Source: a virus (taxonomy: Duplodnaviria > Caudoviricetes). Taken from it: a stretch of 50,572 nt of DNA. The stretch covers positions 1-50,572 of IMG/VR virus record IMGVR_UViG_3300048850_000082. One strand, 5' to 3'. Each line of letters opens with the position of its first letter. The stretch's first letter is position 1. The position numbers were made by a program, and so were the translations under genes. The notes beneath the pieces were generated by a model. It was not told the origin of the DNA. It was given only the letters and a program-made list of their open reading frames with translations, and did no database searches. Below, piece after piece: positions 26,448 to 35,388 of the stretch.

Positions 26448-26924
26448 TCAGCCGCCGTACAGCTCGATCAACTCGGCCTTGGTCAGTTCGGCCGCCTCGA
26501 CCTCGCTGACCCCGTGCGCCTCGGCGACGTAGACACGCCAGTCGGCGACCGGTGCCGTTTTCAGTGGCCGCTTCGGTGCGTCGCTCATCGGGGCGGCCGG
26601 GACCGCCTCGACGGGAGCTTGCACGTCATGGCGCAACGGTGCGATTTCGTCCGCGACGCTCAGCCCCGGCGAACGGCCGGGCACCTCAGCCGCGAGCGCG
26701 TCGTAGACACCCTCGAAGTTGTCGGCGAGCACCGGCTCGGGCATGACCGGGACAGAGACGAACCCGGCGCCGGGCTGGTCGAATACGCCTGCCTTCGCGC
26801 CGCGTTCGGCCTCATCCTTGTCCAGCTCAACGACGTCGCCGCGGTAGGCGATCGCACGCGCACCCTCTGGAGTGGTGTAGTCCCAGAGGGCCGTCGTGAT
26901 CGTCCTCTTGACGGTCGTGGCCAT
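26448..26924 (-). CDS. Head-region hypothetical protein
   Basis: Follows the capsid gene; C-terminal W..Y....G......LTKAELI helical motif. Confidence 0.75.
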   Translation of the reverse strand: MATTVKRTITTALWDYTTPEGARAIAYRGDVVELDKDEAERGAKAGVFDQPGAGFVSVPVMPEPVLADNFEGVYDALAAEVPGRSPGLSVADEIAPLRHDVQAPVEAVPAAPMSDAPKRPLKTAPVADWRVYVAEAHGVSEVEAAELTKAELIELYGG

Positions 26925-26927
26925 GGG

Positions 26928-27833
26928 CTAACCCGCCAGACCGGTGAGCTTCTTGACCGCGTAGGGGTTGGTCACGCCCATGATCGGCATGACGAAGCCC
27001 TGCACCCAGCTGGTGCGGTTCTTCGGCTCGCGCCACGTCTCCGTCTGCAGCATCTTCTCGTAGTCGAGGAAGCCCACCTGGCCCTCGACCGCGGCGTAGG
27101 CGGTGCCGGCGGTGACGCGATTCGACACGAACGTCGAAATGTTGGCGTCGGCCAGGATGCTCTGCAGGTCGGGGCCATAGATGATGCGCAGGTTGAACCA
27201 CTCCTGCGGGTTCATCACCCACACGTTGTACTCGTTGCCGAGTTCCTCGACGTCGCCCGCGAGCTGTGCCGCCATGAAGTCGGCGAACGGGCGCGCGTTG
27301 TTCGGCGTCGGCGAGGTGCCGGTGAGAGTCACGTTCGACCAGTTGTGGCCGGTGATGACCCCGGCGCCGCCGAGCGACGCGATGACCGCCTCGAGCACGG
27401 CGACGGTGCGGGAGTTGACCTTCCGCACGATCGTGTTGCCCAACTGGCGGGTCTGGTTGTCGAGGTAGAAGCGGTCGTTGCGGGTGACCGCCTCGTCGGA
27501 GACGGGGAACTTACCGCCCCAGTCCTCAGACTTCGCGACCTTCGGCGCCGGCCGCGAGCCGCCGACGATGGGGTACTCGTCGGTCGGGCCGCGCTGCTCG
27601 ACGTCACGATCCAGGTACAAATCGTTGGCCGTGATGGCGTCGTAGATGATGGCGCCGGCGGCGGTGCTGGCCCCGGATCCCGAGAACAGCTTGTCGACGA
27701 TGAACTTCTGCTTCGTCAGGTCCGCGAGCCGCTTGGTGATGCGGCCGGGCTGCTGCAGCGCCGTCTCGACGGTGAGGGTGGTGCCGTTGATGGTCGGCGC
27801 ACCCAAGGGGTAGGTGATCTGTGACGTAGGCAT
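26928..27833 (-). CDS. Major capsid protein
   Basis: 301 aa, strong SD, strongly biased codons, position after the decoration gene. Confidence 0.9.
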   Translation of the reverse strand: MPTSQITYPLGAPTINGTTLTVETALQQPGRITKRLADLTKQKFIVDKLFSGSGASTAAGAIIYDAITANDLYLDRDVEQRGPTDEYPIVGGSRPAPKVAKSEDWGGKFPVSDEAVTRNDRFYLDNQTRQLGNTIVRKVNSRTVAVLEAVIASLGGAGVITGHNWSNVTLTGTSPTPNNARPFADFMAAQLAGDVEELGNEYNVWVMNPQEWFNLRIIYGPDLQSILADANISTFVSNRVTAGTAYAAVEGQVGFLDYEKMLQTETWREPKNRTSWVQGFVMPIMGVTNPYAVKKLTGLAG

Positions 27834-27851
27834 GTCTGGTCAGTCCCTTTC

Positions 27852-28226
27852 TCAGTAGAGGCTGATCTCGGCGTCGTTACCCGACGTCGCAGCGGTGACG
27901 GCGTAGCCGACGGCCACACCCGATGCCTTCGTGATGGCCTGCCCGTTGGACCCGACCTCGACTTCGGCGAATGCGGCGATGTTCGCCGCCGCGGTCACGA
28001 ACGTGACCCGCGAGTTCCCGCGCGCCACGCCGACGATGTCGCCGGATGCCGCGTCGTACTTGGAGACGCCGCACACGCGCCCGGCCGCGTCGGCGTGCGC
28101 CACCGCGATGTTGCCGCTGGACCGGTTTCCGCTGATCTTCAGGAACCGCTTGCCGACGACGGTGGCCGACGCGCGGCCGGTGATGTCGCGGCCGGGTTCG
28201 TAGACCCCGATGTTGTCGTTCGCCAT
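27852..28226 (-). CDS. Capsid decoration / cement protein (DUF2190-like)
   Basis: Ala/Gly/Val-rich 124 aa; GVSKYDAASG and G.AVG.AVTAA patterns. Confidence 0.8.
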   Translation of the reverse strand: MANDNIGVYEPGRDITGRASATVVGKRFLKISGNRSSGNIAVAHADAAGRVCGVSKYDAASGDIVGVARGNSRVTFVTAAANIAAFAEVEVGSNGQAITKASGVAVGYAVTAATSGNDAEISLY

Positions 28227-28230
28227 GGCC

Positions 28231-28761
28231 TTAGCCGTCCTTTCGCTCGGTGGCGGGTTCGGCCGGTGCGGTGTCGAACCAGCCCAGGTCGTCGTCGGCG
28301 GTCAGTCCGTTGCCGCCGGCGGCGACAGCGTGACCGGCCTCGGCCAGCGGCACGAAGCCCTTGGCCATCTGGTCGATCAGGGTGGTGGTGCGGGCGCGGT
28401 CGACCTCGAGCAGTCCGAGGTAGTGGTCGCGCTGCACGGGCGGGAACTTGCCGTCCTTGATCGCGGCCTCGACGAGCGCCTTGTCGCCCTCGCGGACCTG
28501 GTTCTGGAATGCGGTCGCGCCCTGCTGGGCGGCCTGCACGGTCTGGTCGAACTGGGCCCGGTCGACGAGCACCATTCCGGCCTTGGCCGCGGCGGCGACG
28601 AGCTGCTCGGCGCTAGGCTCGTCGGCGACGACCGATCCCGGACCCGCACCCTCGTCGGCGCGCTCTGAGAGCGCCTCGTCGAGTGCCTTGAGTGTGGTCT
28701 CGTCGTCCGCGTCGGCCGAGATGCCGAGCTTCTGCGCGAGGCCTTCCTTCAGGGTGGGCAT
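28231..28761 (-). CDS. Nested in-frame scaffolding protein from an internal start
   Basis: AAGGAAAGGAGG SD directly before the in-frame ATG (MPTLKEGLAQKLG). Confidence 0.65.
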   Translation of the reverse strand: MPTLKEGLAQKLGISADADDETTLKALDEALSERADEGAGPGSVVADEPSAEQLVAAAAKAGMVLVDRAQFDQTVQAAQQGATAFQNQVREGDKALVEAAIKDGKFPPVQRDHYLGLLEVDRARTTTLIDQMAKGFVPLAEAGHAVAAGGNGLTADDDLGWFDTAPAEPATERKDG

Positions 28762-29631
28762 GGCGCCCTCCTTTCCTTCGGTTACCTCGGCCTGCGCGGC
28801 AGAGGGGCTTTGGTGGGCTAGCGCCGTGCGCGCTTCGGCGCGCGAGGCGAACGCGAGCACCGGCGTCTCACCGGCGGCGCGGGCACTGATGTACTCGACC
28901 TTCACCGGTTGGCCGTCGCCGAACTCGATCGAGCCGTCGGCGCCGAGGGTGTAGGGCACCCGCAGCAGTGAGTCGGTGCTGTCGTCCTGGACGATGAGTT
29001 CGGCCGGTTCGACGTACATCTCGCGGATCCAGAGCGCCCAGTTGGACGCTGCGGGCCCGTTGTAGTACGCCTTGCGCACTTCGTCGGTGGTGGTACCGGC
29101 CAGTGCGATCGGGGCGTTGGCCACGGTGATCTCCTCTATGGCAGGGGCTTTGGCGTACAGGTCGTAGAGCGATTCGAGTGTTCCGATGCCCGGGCGCACG
29201 ACGCCGAGCAGCGCGACGGCGTGCACCACGAACGGATGCACGTGGCCGAGTTGGCAGACGTAGTCGCGCTGGAACTCACCCGATCGGTCTGGGTAGGCCG
29301 AGGCGATGACCGAGCGGCCTTCGTCGTCTGCGGAGGCGAGCCAGCCTGGAACTCCGACGAAGTCGCCGACGAGCGTCTGCCCGTCGTCAGTGAGGCGCAG
29401 GTCGTCGACGAGTCCGATCGAGGGATCACCCTCGCCGGGAACACCGGTGTGGCCGAACTTCAGCGTCGGCCGGCGCACCGCGGGGCAGTCCAGTGCGGCC
29501 ACCGCGGAGGCGAGTTCTTCGGCGCTGGGGTGCCAGTCGTCGGCGTTACTGATGTTCCAGTAGCCGACTGAGGCGATCTCGACGCCGGGCACGGTCGCCA
29601 GTGTTGGCGCCGTGTGGTTCTCGGCTACCAC
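28231..29631 (-). CDS. Capsid maturation protease fused to scaffolding domain (Mu gpI-like)
   Basis: LKFGH, YPDRS.E, AVALLGV.RP protease motifs; C-terminal VEAAIKDGKF.P scaffold segment. Confidence 0.82.
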   Translation of the reverse strand: MVAENHTAPTLATVPGVEIASVGYWNISNADDWHPSAEELASAVAALDCPAVRRPTLKFGHTGVPGEGDPSIGLVDDLRLTDDGQTLVGDFVGVPGWLASADDEGRSVIASAYPDRSGEFQRDYVCQLGHVHPFVVHAVALLGVVRPGIGTLESLYDLYAKAPAIEEITVANAPIALAGTTTDEVRKAYYNGPAASNWALWIREMYVEPAELIVQDDSTDSLLRVPYTLGADGSIEFGDGQPVKVEYISARAAGETPVLAFASRAEARTALAHQSPSAAQAEVTEGKEGAMPTLKEGLAQKLGISADADDETTLKALDEALSERADEGAGPGSVVADEPSAEQLVAAAAKAGMVLVDRAQFDQTVQAAQQGATAFQNQVREGDKALVEAAIKDGKFPPVQRDHYLGLLEVDRARTTTLIDQMAKGFVPLAEAGHAVAAGGNGLTADDDLGWFDTAPAEPATERKDG

Positions 29632-31013
29632 AGCTCACCCTGCTCGGGCTTCGGGCGCGGCGCGCGTGCCGTGACGACGGGCTCGTCGTCATCGGGGACC
29701 GGGGCGGGCGCGGGCTTCGTCGGCACCGTCTCGTCGCCTTCGTCTTCCGGCGGCGCACCGAGGTTCTGGCGGATGAACGCCCGCAGCGACTCGTCGGGGG
29801 TGAGCAGGCCCGACTGCACGAGCATGTTCATCGCCGCGGCGGTCGCGTCCTGGCGGCTGCCGATCTCATCGGCCACGATGCGTGGCGCCGACTCGTCGAT
29901 CGAGTAGTTCAGGTCGATGAGGTCTTCGACAATGTGCTCGTTGGCGACGTCGAGCAGGTCATCGCAGATCGTCTGCACCGACTGGACGAAGGTGTCCTCC
30001 TGCACCGAGGCCAGGGCATAACTGCCGCCCTTGCCGTCGAGGTTGAGGAAGTGCTGCAGCGCGGCGAGCCCGATCTGCTTGTCGTGGTACTCGATCGCCA
30101 GGCGCAGGTCCGGCAGGTTGCCCGAGACGCCCAGCAGCTTCATTACCGTGCCCTCGGGCAGCGCGACACCGGAGCTGTTGCCCGCGCGGTAGGACATCGC
30201 CAGCCGCTTGAGCTTCTCCATCTTCTCGGGGTCTTCGGAGTCCTGCGTGTTCGCCGTGATCATCGGGACGCCCATGCCGTTGCGGCGGGCGACCGCGGCC
30301 TCGATGCGGATCAGCTCGTTCTTGAGCACCCAGTGCTTGTAGGACGGGCGCAGCAGCGACGTGCCGATCCAGACGCCAGGCTCGGGCTCGTTGCGGTACA
30401 CGACGAGTCGGTTCACGTCGATCTTCACGCCGTTGAGTTCGCCGACTGCCGCCGCCGACGGTGCATCCTGCTCGATCGACACCAGGCCGCCGTCGCGGGC
30501 GACGTTCCACTTCGCGATGGTGCGCTGCGGGCGTGGAGCCAGCTTGTACAGGTGAGCCTTGCCGTCGTCGCCGATGCGGTACACCTGCTCGAACACCGAG
30601 TGGCCGTACTGCAGGAACGGAAGCGCCTCGCGCAGATGGTGATTCCAGGAGAACCGGCCGCGCCGTCGGGGCACCGTCGTCTTCTCGGCCGGGTCGCCGC
30701 CGTTGTCGCCCTTGATCGGCAGGCCGAGGTCGCTGGCGACATGCGCGGTGGCCTCGTCGCTGGCGCCGTTCTGGTCGATCCGGAACTTCGTGCGCCGGAT
30801 CGGCAGGTAGATCGCCGACAGCATCGACCACGTGCGCGAATCGTCGCGCGGCATCTTGCCGAAGACGTTGAGCGACAGCGGGTAGACCAGGTCGGGGACG
30901 TCCTCGAGGAGATCCCAGACCATGAAGTCGGTCAGCCCGCCGTTGAGTTGGTTGGCGTACGGGTTGACGTAGCCGCGTTCCTGCGCGACCGATGCGGGGA
31001 TCTGCGGTGCCAT
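29625..31013 (-). CDS. Portal protein (Mu gp29/DUF935-like)
   Basis: YGHSVFEQVY, G.SLLRP.YKHW..K, RNGMG.P and GGSYALASV motifs. Confidence 0.92.
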   Translation of the reverse strand: MAPQIPASVAQERGYVNPYANQLNGGLTDFMVWDLLEDVPDLVYPLSLNVFGKMPRDDSRTWSMLSAIYLPIRRTKFRIDQNGASDEATAHVASDLGLPIKGDNGGDPAEKTTVPRRRGRFSWNHHLREALPFLQYGHSVFEQVYRIGDDGKAHLYKLAPRPQRTIAKWNVARDGGLVSIEQDAPSAAAVGELNGVKIDVNRLVVYRNEPEPGVWIGTSLLRPSYKHWVLKNELIRIEAAVARRNGMGVPMITANTQDSEDPEKMEKLKRLAMSYRAGNSSGVALPEGTVMKLLGVSGNLPDLRLAIEYHDKQIGLAALQHFLNLDGKGGSYALASVQEDTFVQSVQTICDDLLDVANEHIVEDLIDLNYSIDESAPRIVADEIGSRQDATAAAMNMLVQSGLLTPDESLRAFIRQNLGAPPEDEGDETVPTKPAPAPVPDDDEPVVTARAPRPKPEQGELW

Positions 31014-31030
31014 CGTGGGATCCCCTTTCG

Positions 31031-32623
31031 TCAGAATCGGGCGGTGAGTACGTCGAAGCCGTCGTCGATGTCGTATCGGGCGGCGCTCTCGACGGCCTGC
31101 GTGGCGGTGTCGTAGTCGGGCAGGTGGGTCGGCATGCGCATCTCGCCGAACGTCAGCAGCGCCCAGCGCGCCAGTGCCGCGCTGCGCAGTGTCGCGATGG
31201 CGTCACCGGCCAGGGCCGCGTCCCAGATGAACCCGCCGCGCAGCAGATCCTTCTTGCCCGCCAGGCTGATCGCCGTGTTCATCAGCGACTGATTGCCGTG
31301 GGTGAGTCGGCCGTCGAGCGCATCGTCGAGGAACCCGCCGCATGCGAGGCCGTAGTGAGTGGTGTTCGTGATCGTCGGCTCGATCTTCGCGTCGATCACG
31401 TCTGGCTCGATGACCGCAGCGTCGGACTTCGCGTCGATGACGAATGCGATGGGGTCGAGCGCAGTCGCGATGTCGACGACGTGCTTCACGACCGCCGTGT
31501 TCGATGCCTGCTGGTGATAGCCGATCTCGAGGTAGATGCGATTGTCGGTGGTGCGCTGGGCGGCGGTCACGACCCACAGTCGCTTCCCGGCGGGCTCGCG
31601 ATCGAGGACCGTGACCCTTGGCCCGATCAGCGTCGGTGCGTCGGTTCCCATGTCCTTCCACCCCTTGGCGTTGATCAACACCGGGCGGTCTGTTGCGTCC
31701 ACCGGCCAGTCGCCCCACCCGAGGATTTCAACCTCGAACGACCGTCGGCCGGCGGCGGTCGCGAATCCGATCATCGCGGCCTCGACCTTGTCGTCGGTCT
31801 GGACGACGCCGTGCGACGGGTTGGCCGTGCGCCAGACCTCGGGTGACTCGCGCAGTCGCGCCCGCTCGACGTCGGTGGTGCCCGGCGGCGGCTCGGGCGC
31901 CATGTACTCGCGGAACCCCAGGCGCGGCGCGTGGGCGAGGCCCTTGCGCCGGATGCCGGCCAGCACTTCGCCGTTCGCGTGCTGCATCGCGTTGACCGCC
32001 GACGACGCGTAGATCGCCTGCGGGTTCTTCGCGGCCATCTGTGTGAATGTCAGCGCCGCGATCTCGCCCTCAGTGACGTTGTACGCCTCGTCGACGATCA
32101 GCAGGTCGACCTCGTCCCAACCGCGGGCGACGTCGTTCGAGCGCGTCGTGAACAGGATCGCGCCGCCGTCGGCCGTGTGGATCTCGGCCTGGCCGCCAGA
32201 GAACGTCGGTGGCTTGAGCAGGCGGCGCTGCAACGACGGCCGCGCCTTGATCATCTTCGCCAGGCGCTGAGCGAGCTTCTTGGCCGTCTTCCACTGCTGA
32301 GTCGAGTAGATGATCGTCTCGCCGAGCTTGAACAGGCCGTAGAGGCAACGCAGCAGCAGGATCTCGGACTTACCCGCCTGCCTCACGCAAATCAGGCAGT
32401 AGACCGGATGCGTCCACGTGCCCCCCGGCGTGGTGCGCAGGATGGCGCGGACGTTGTCCTGCTGCCACGGCATAGGCGGAGAGCCCATCCGGCCGGCCAG
32501 CTTGAGTGCGCCGTTCCCGCGGGTGTCGTCGCCGTCGAAGATCGACTCGTGCTCGGCCTGGCGACGACCGACGAGTGTGGGCCACTCCTGGTCAGTCGAT
32601 GCCAGCGAGGTCGTCATCGTCAT
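31031..32623 (-). CDS. terL: Terminase large subunit
   Basis: MPWQ, Walker A RQAGKS, Walker B LLIVDEA, YASSA, ANPS. Confidence 0.93.
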   Translation of the reverse strand: MTMTTSLASTDQEWPTLVGRRQAEHESIFDGDDTRGNGALKLAGRMGSPPMPWQQDNVRAILRTTPGGTWTHPVYCLICVRQAGKSEILLLRCLYGLFKLGETIIYSTQQWKTAKKLAQRLAKMIKARPSLQRRLLKPPTFSGGQAEIHTADGGAILFTTRSNDVARGWDEVDLLIVDEAYNVTEGEIAALTFTQMAAKNPQAIYASSAVNAMQHANGEVLAGIRRKGLAHAPRLGFREYMAPEPPPGTTDVERARLRESPEVWRTANPSHGVVQTDDKVEAAMIGFATAAGRRSFEVEILGWGDWPVDATDRPVLINAKGWKDMGTDAPTLIGPRVTVLDREPAGKRLWVVTAAQRTTDNRIYLEIGYHQQASNTAVVKHVVDIATALDPIAFVIDAKSDAAVIEPDVIDAKIEPTITNTTHYGLACGGFLDDALDGRLTHGNQSLMNTAISLAGKKDLLRGGFIWDAALAGDAIATLRSAALARWALLTFGEMRMPTHLPDYDTATQAVESAARYDIDDGFDVLTARF

Positions 32624-32927
32624 CTGGTCCCATCGGGATCGAGGCCCGCTGACGGTGGATCTCGGCGAGCAGGTGGCGCAGCTCGGTCGTGAGCTGCCGC
32701 GACTCCCGCATCGCGCCGTCGATGCGGACCTCGAGCACCTGGTCGCGGTTGACTCGCACGTGCATCCAGGCCGCGCGCTTGCCGTTGATGAGATCGGCCA
32801 GCTTGTCGAGCCAGTCGGCGGTCTGGGCGGCCCGCCCGATGAGCATCTGGAGCGTGTACGGGTCGTCCGGCTGGCTCAGCTCGTCGATGAGCCTCTGGCC
32901 TGCGGTTTTCGTCCGTCTCGCGGCCAC
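32592..32927 (-). CDS. terS: Terminase small subunit
   Basis: 111-aa helical protein directly upstream of and overlapping terL. Confidence 0.75.
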   Translation of the reverse strand: MAARRTKTAGQRLIDELSQPDDPYTLQMLIGRAAQTADWLDKLADLINGKRAAWMHVRVNRDQVLEVRIDGAMRESRQLTTELRHLLAEIHRQRASIPMGPDDDDDLAGID

Positions 32928-32939
32928 TCAGACCGCCTC

Positions 32940-33080
32940 CGCAGCGAAATTTCGGGCGCCCGGCAAAAAAATCTTGGCTGGGCCGGGGTCAGGACGGAAC
33001 CCCGCCCCCCTCCATATTTTCAGGCCCCTGACCTGCGGCGATGCGTTGGCCAACGGGCTTGACCTGCGGCTATCCATATG
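32940..33080. other. Candidate cos / packaging region
   Basis: Non-coding gap between HNH and terS; CCCGCCCCCC at 33001-33010 flanked by AT tracts; TGACCTGCGGC at 33029 and 33060. Confidence 0.55.
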
Positions 33081-33091
33081 GGCCTGCCTGG

Positions 33092-33442
33092 TCACGGCCA
33101 TGGCATGGCCAGGGCGCCGAGTTCGTCGAGGTCGTCGGCCTGGTCGATGGGCCGGCCAGTCAGGGCGGGGCGCAGGTGGTCGCGCTTGCCGTCTTGGCGC
33201 TCGTTGTTGCAGGTGCTGTGGAGCAGTCGGTCGGCGAGGGTGCCGAGGCCGGTCGAGCGGGCGATGCTGTGGTCGGCGGCCAGCGCCTTGCGATCCCAGT
33301 TGCGTTCGGCGTCGCGGTACATACCGCGGTCGCACCACCAGCACGGTGTTCCGTCGACGTGCACTCGGAGTAGTGCGGCGCGCTGCTGCTGATGCCGCCA
33401 CCCCAACCCTCGAGCTGTGGTGCTGGCCTTACGGGCGACCAT
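33092..33442 (-). CDS. Terminase-associated HNH endonuclease
   Basis: PCWWC..ADH..RLLHSTCN motif; position upstream of terS. Confidence 0.85.
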   Translation of the reverse strand: MVARKASTTARGLGWRHQQQRAALLRVHVDGTPCWWCDRGMYRDAERNWDRKALAADHSIARSTGLGTLADRLLHSTCNNERQDGKRDHLRPALTGRPIDQADDLDELGALAMPWP

Positions 33443-33448
33443 GCAGCA

Positions 33449-33760
33449 TCACGGCGCCAGGTCATCCATCGTGGTCGGCGGGCTCTCGACTGTGATGGTG
33501 AACGATCCGACACCGTCGGGCTTGGCGTCGACGGTGATGGGTTGCAGCATGGGCGATTCGAGCGCACGCACGAAGCCCTCGATCATGGTGGTGAGCATGG
33601 CCAGGCGCTGCAGTGGCAGCAGTTGGAACGGTGCGCTGGTCTTGGGTCCGTCCATGCCGAGCGCCTTGGGGAACATGGCGTCGCGCTTGGGCAGGTACGC
33701 GGTGGGGACCTCGCCGTTGAACCGTTCCTGGCCGTCGACGAGGACTACGAGGTGGCTCAT
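33449..33760 (-). CDS. Hypothetical protein
   Basis: ATGA overlap with the upstream gene; protein-like composition. Confidence 0.7.
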   Translation of the reverse strand: MSHLVVLVDGQERFNGEVPTAYLPKRDAMFPKALGMDGPKTSAPFQLLPLQRLAMLTTMIEGFVRALESPMLQPITVDAKPDGVGSFTITVESPPTTMDDLAP

Positions 33761-34206
33761 GCCTGCACCTGATGACCCAGCGCGCACTCGGCACTCAGCT
33801 GTTTGACGGCCGCGATGACCTGCGGCGTGATGAGCGGCTTGTCGCCGTCGAAGTCGCGCACGAGGATCGTGAACAGCGGTGTGCGGCAGGTGGTGCAGTG
33901 GAGCTGGACTTCGCGGTTGCGCTGCGTCTCGTTGGCTGCGGCCGCCACCTGAAGCTGGTCGATCTGCGCCTTGGGAGTCGGCGGCATGCCGTTCTTCTCG
34001 AGCAGCTCGACGATGGCCTCGGCGACGAGCACGTTGATGTCGGCGTGCGGCAGGCCGGCTTCCTTCGCGAACTGCTCGGCCTGGTCGGCGGGGATGCCGC
34101 TCGATCGGAACATGGGCAGCGGCAGGACGACGGGCTTGCCGTTGCCAGGGTGTGTGAGGGCAGCGAGGTTGTCCGCGATCAGCTTGGCTGCGCCATCGTT
34201 GGGCAT
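33757..34206 (-). CDS. Hypothetical protein with CxxC, first gene of the putative late unit
   Basis: GGGAG SD; CTTC motif. Confidence 0.75.
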   Translation of the reverse strand: MPNDGAAKLIADNLAALTHPGNGKPVVLPLPMFRSSGIPADQAEQFAKEAGLPHADINVLVAEAIVELLEKNGMPPTPKAQIDQLQVAAAANETQRNREVQLHCTTCRTPLFTILVRDFDGDKPLITPQVIAAVKQLSAECALGHQVQA

Positions 34207-34245
34207 GGGTGCTCCCGGGCTAGTGGGAAAGGGGGAATACGACGA

Positions 34246-34348
34246 ACGCCGCCCTGCTCAACAGTGGCGGCGTGGGGATGCGGACATGAGTCGTCAGCAC
34301 CGGTTCTAGCGGCAAGAGTAGCAGCCGGGAATCACACGCGTGTGATTC
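34246..34348 (-). promoter_or_regulatory. Candidate late promoter with 20-bp palindrome and leader hairpin
   Basis: GAATCACACGCGTGTGATTC (34329-34348); -10 TACTCT (34320-34315); hairpin at 34246-34273. Confidence 0.5.
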
Positions 34349-34487
34349 GGCGGGCGACACGCGCCTCCTCCGTGGCGCGTCATGCCGATTGGTAGTACAG
34401 TTCGTATTACCGATCGGCGAGCGGGGGCTTACCGATTGGAAGGCCAGCGGCATCGGGCCGCAGGCAGAACATGGGAGAGAGAGTTTC

Positions 34488-34625
34488 ATGCGTGAGTACA
34501 TGAAGGAGATGCGAGCTGCTGCCACCAGCTCGCGAAGGAACGGTCGGGCCAAGAAGACGACGGCCCACAACGGACGCACTATCCAACTCAGCGCCAACGA
34601 CGCAGGCCGGGTCGGAAGGGAGTAG
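34488..34625 (+). CDS. Small basic protein (45 aa)
   Basis: Purine-rich SD; ends 6 nt before the RHH gene. Confidence 0.4.
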   Translation: MREYMKEMRAAATSSRRNGRAKKTTAHNGRTIQLSANDAGRVGRE

Positions 34626-34631
34626 AAGCCA

Positions 34632-34901
34632 ATGTCATTGACGTCAATGAGCTCCTTCCTCGATCACTACAAGAAGAAGGAAGAGCGCTTGACCCACGTG
34701 GTGCAGGTCAAGATCACGAAGCGGGAGTCCGATGACTTGGACGAACTCGTCGAGTACATGAAGAGCGAGGGCGCCAACGCAACGCGTTCCAGCATGGTTC
34801 GGGCGTTGCTCGTCAACGGTCTCGACGTGTACCGCGAGGAGTTCGGCGGAGTCACGCCGATGTCGACGAACAAGAACCCGATGGTGATGAAGAAGGCCTA
34901 G
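34632..34901 (+). CDS. Ribbon-helix-helix DNA-binding protein
   Basis: VVQVKIT strand, DDLDEL helix, TRSSMVRALL helix (CopG/Arc pattern). Confidence 0.75.
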   Translation: MSLTSMSSFLDHYKKKEERLTHVVQVKITKRESDDLDELVEYMKSEGANATRSSMVRALLVNGLDVYREEFGGVTPMSTNKNPMVMKKA

Positions 34902-34986
34902 ACCTGGGAAGTGGTCCCCCCGCAGGACGACTGACGGCGCTCCTGCCGTTCGGTTAAGTGCTCGAGGACCGGTTGGAGGGGTTTCC

Positions 34987-35280
34987 GTGACGGAGCCTGC
35001 ATCTGATTCCGGTAACGACAATCCGAGTTCGAAGGAGGTGAAACATTCAGGCGGGTCTCGGCCGCCAGCTCGTGACGGCACCGGGGAAGCTGTCGACCAG
35101 TTCCACGCGAAACACAAGGAGCGTGTGAGGTCGGTCTTCGGGTTCATCGGTCGAAATGCCGCGCGAGGTGTCCTGATGGGTGCCGGTAAGGAAATCGGCG
35201 GGGAAGCCATCAAGGACATTAAGGAGGACATCCCGGACCACGTTCAGCGCTTCCTCGACATTGTCGGGGGGTGGATGTAG
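34987..35280 (+). CDS. Hypothetical protein (97 aa)
   Basis: GGAGGG SD; disordered N-terminus and Gly-rich amphipathic C-terminus. Confidence 0.6.
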   Translation: MTEPASDSGNDNPSSKEVKHSGGSRPPARDGTGEAVDQFHAKHKERVRSVFGFIGRNAARGVLMGAGKEIGGEAIKDIKEDIPDHVQRFLDIVGGWM

Positions 35281-35343
35281 CCAGACGTCAAGGCCTTTCC
35301 AGAGCGGAGCGACGGCGAGCAGCACGCAATTCCGTACCAACGT

Positions 35344-35380
35344 GAAATGCCCCAGGCGAAGATAGCGCCTGGGGCATTTC
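35344..35380. terminator. Bidirectional terminator between convergent units
   Basis: 15-bp inverted repeat gaaatgccccaggcg / cgcctggggcatttc. Confidence 0.8.
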
Positions 35381-35388
35381 TCGTTCCA

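Noticed and set aside
29601-31115. 504-aa plus-strand ORF
   Set aside because: Antisense shadow of the portal gene
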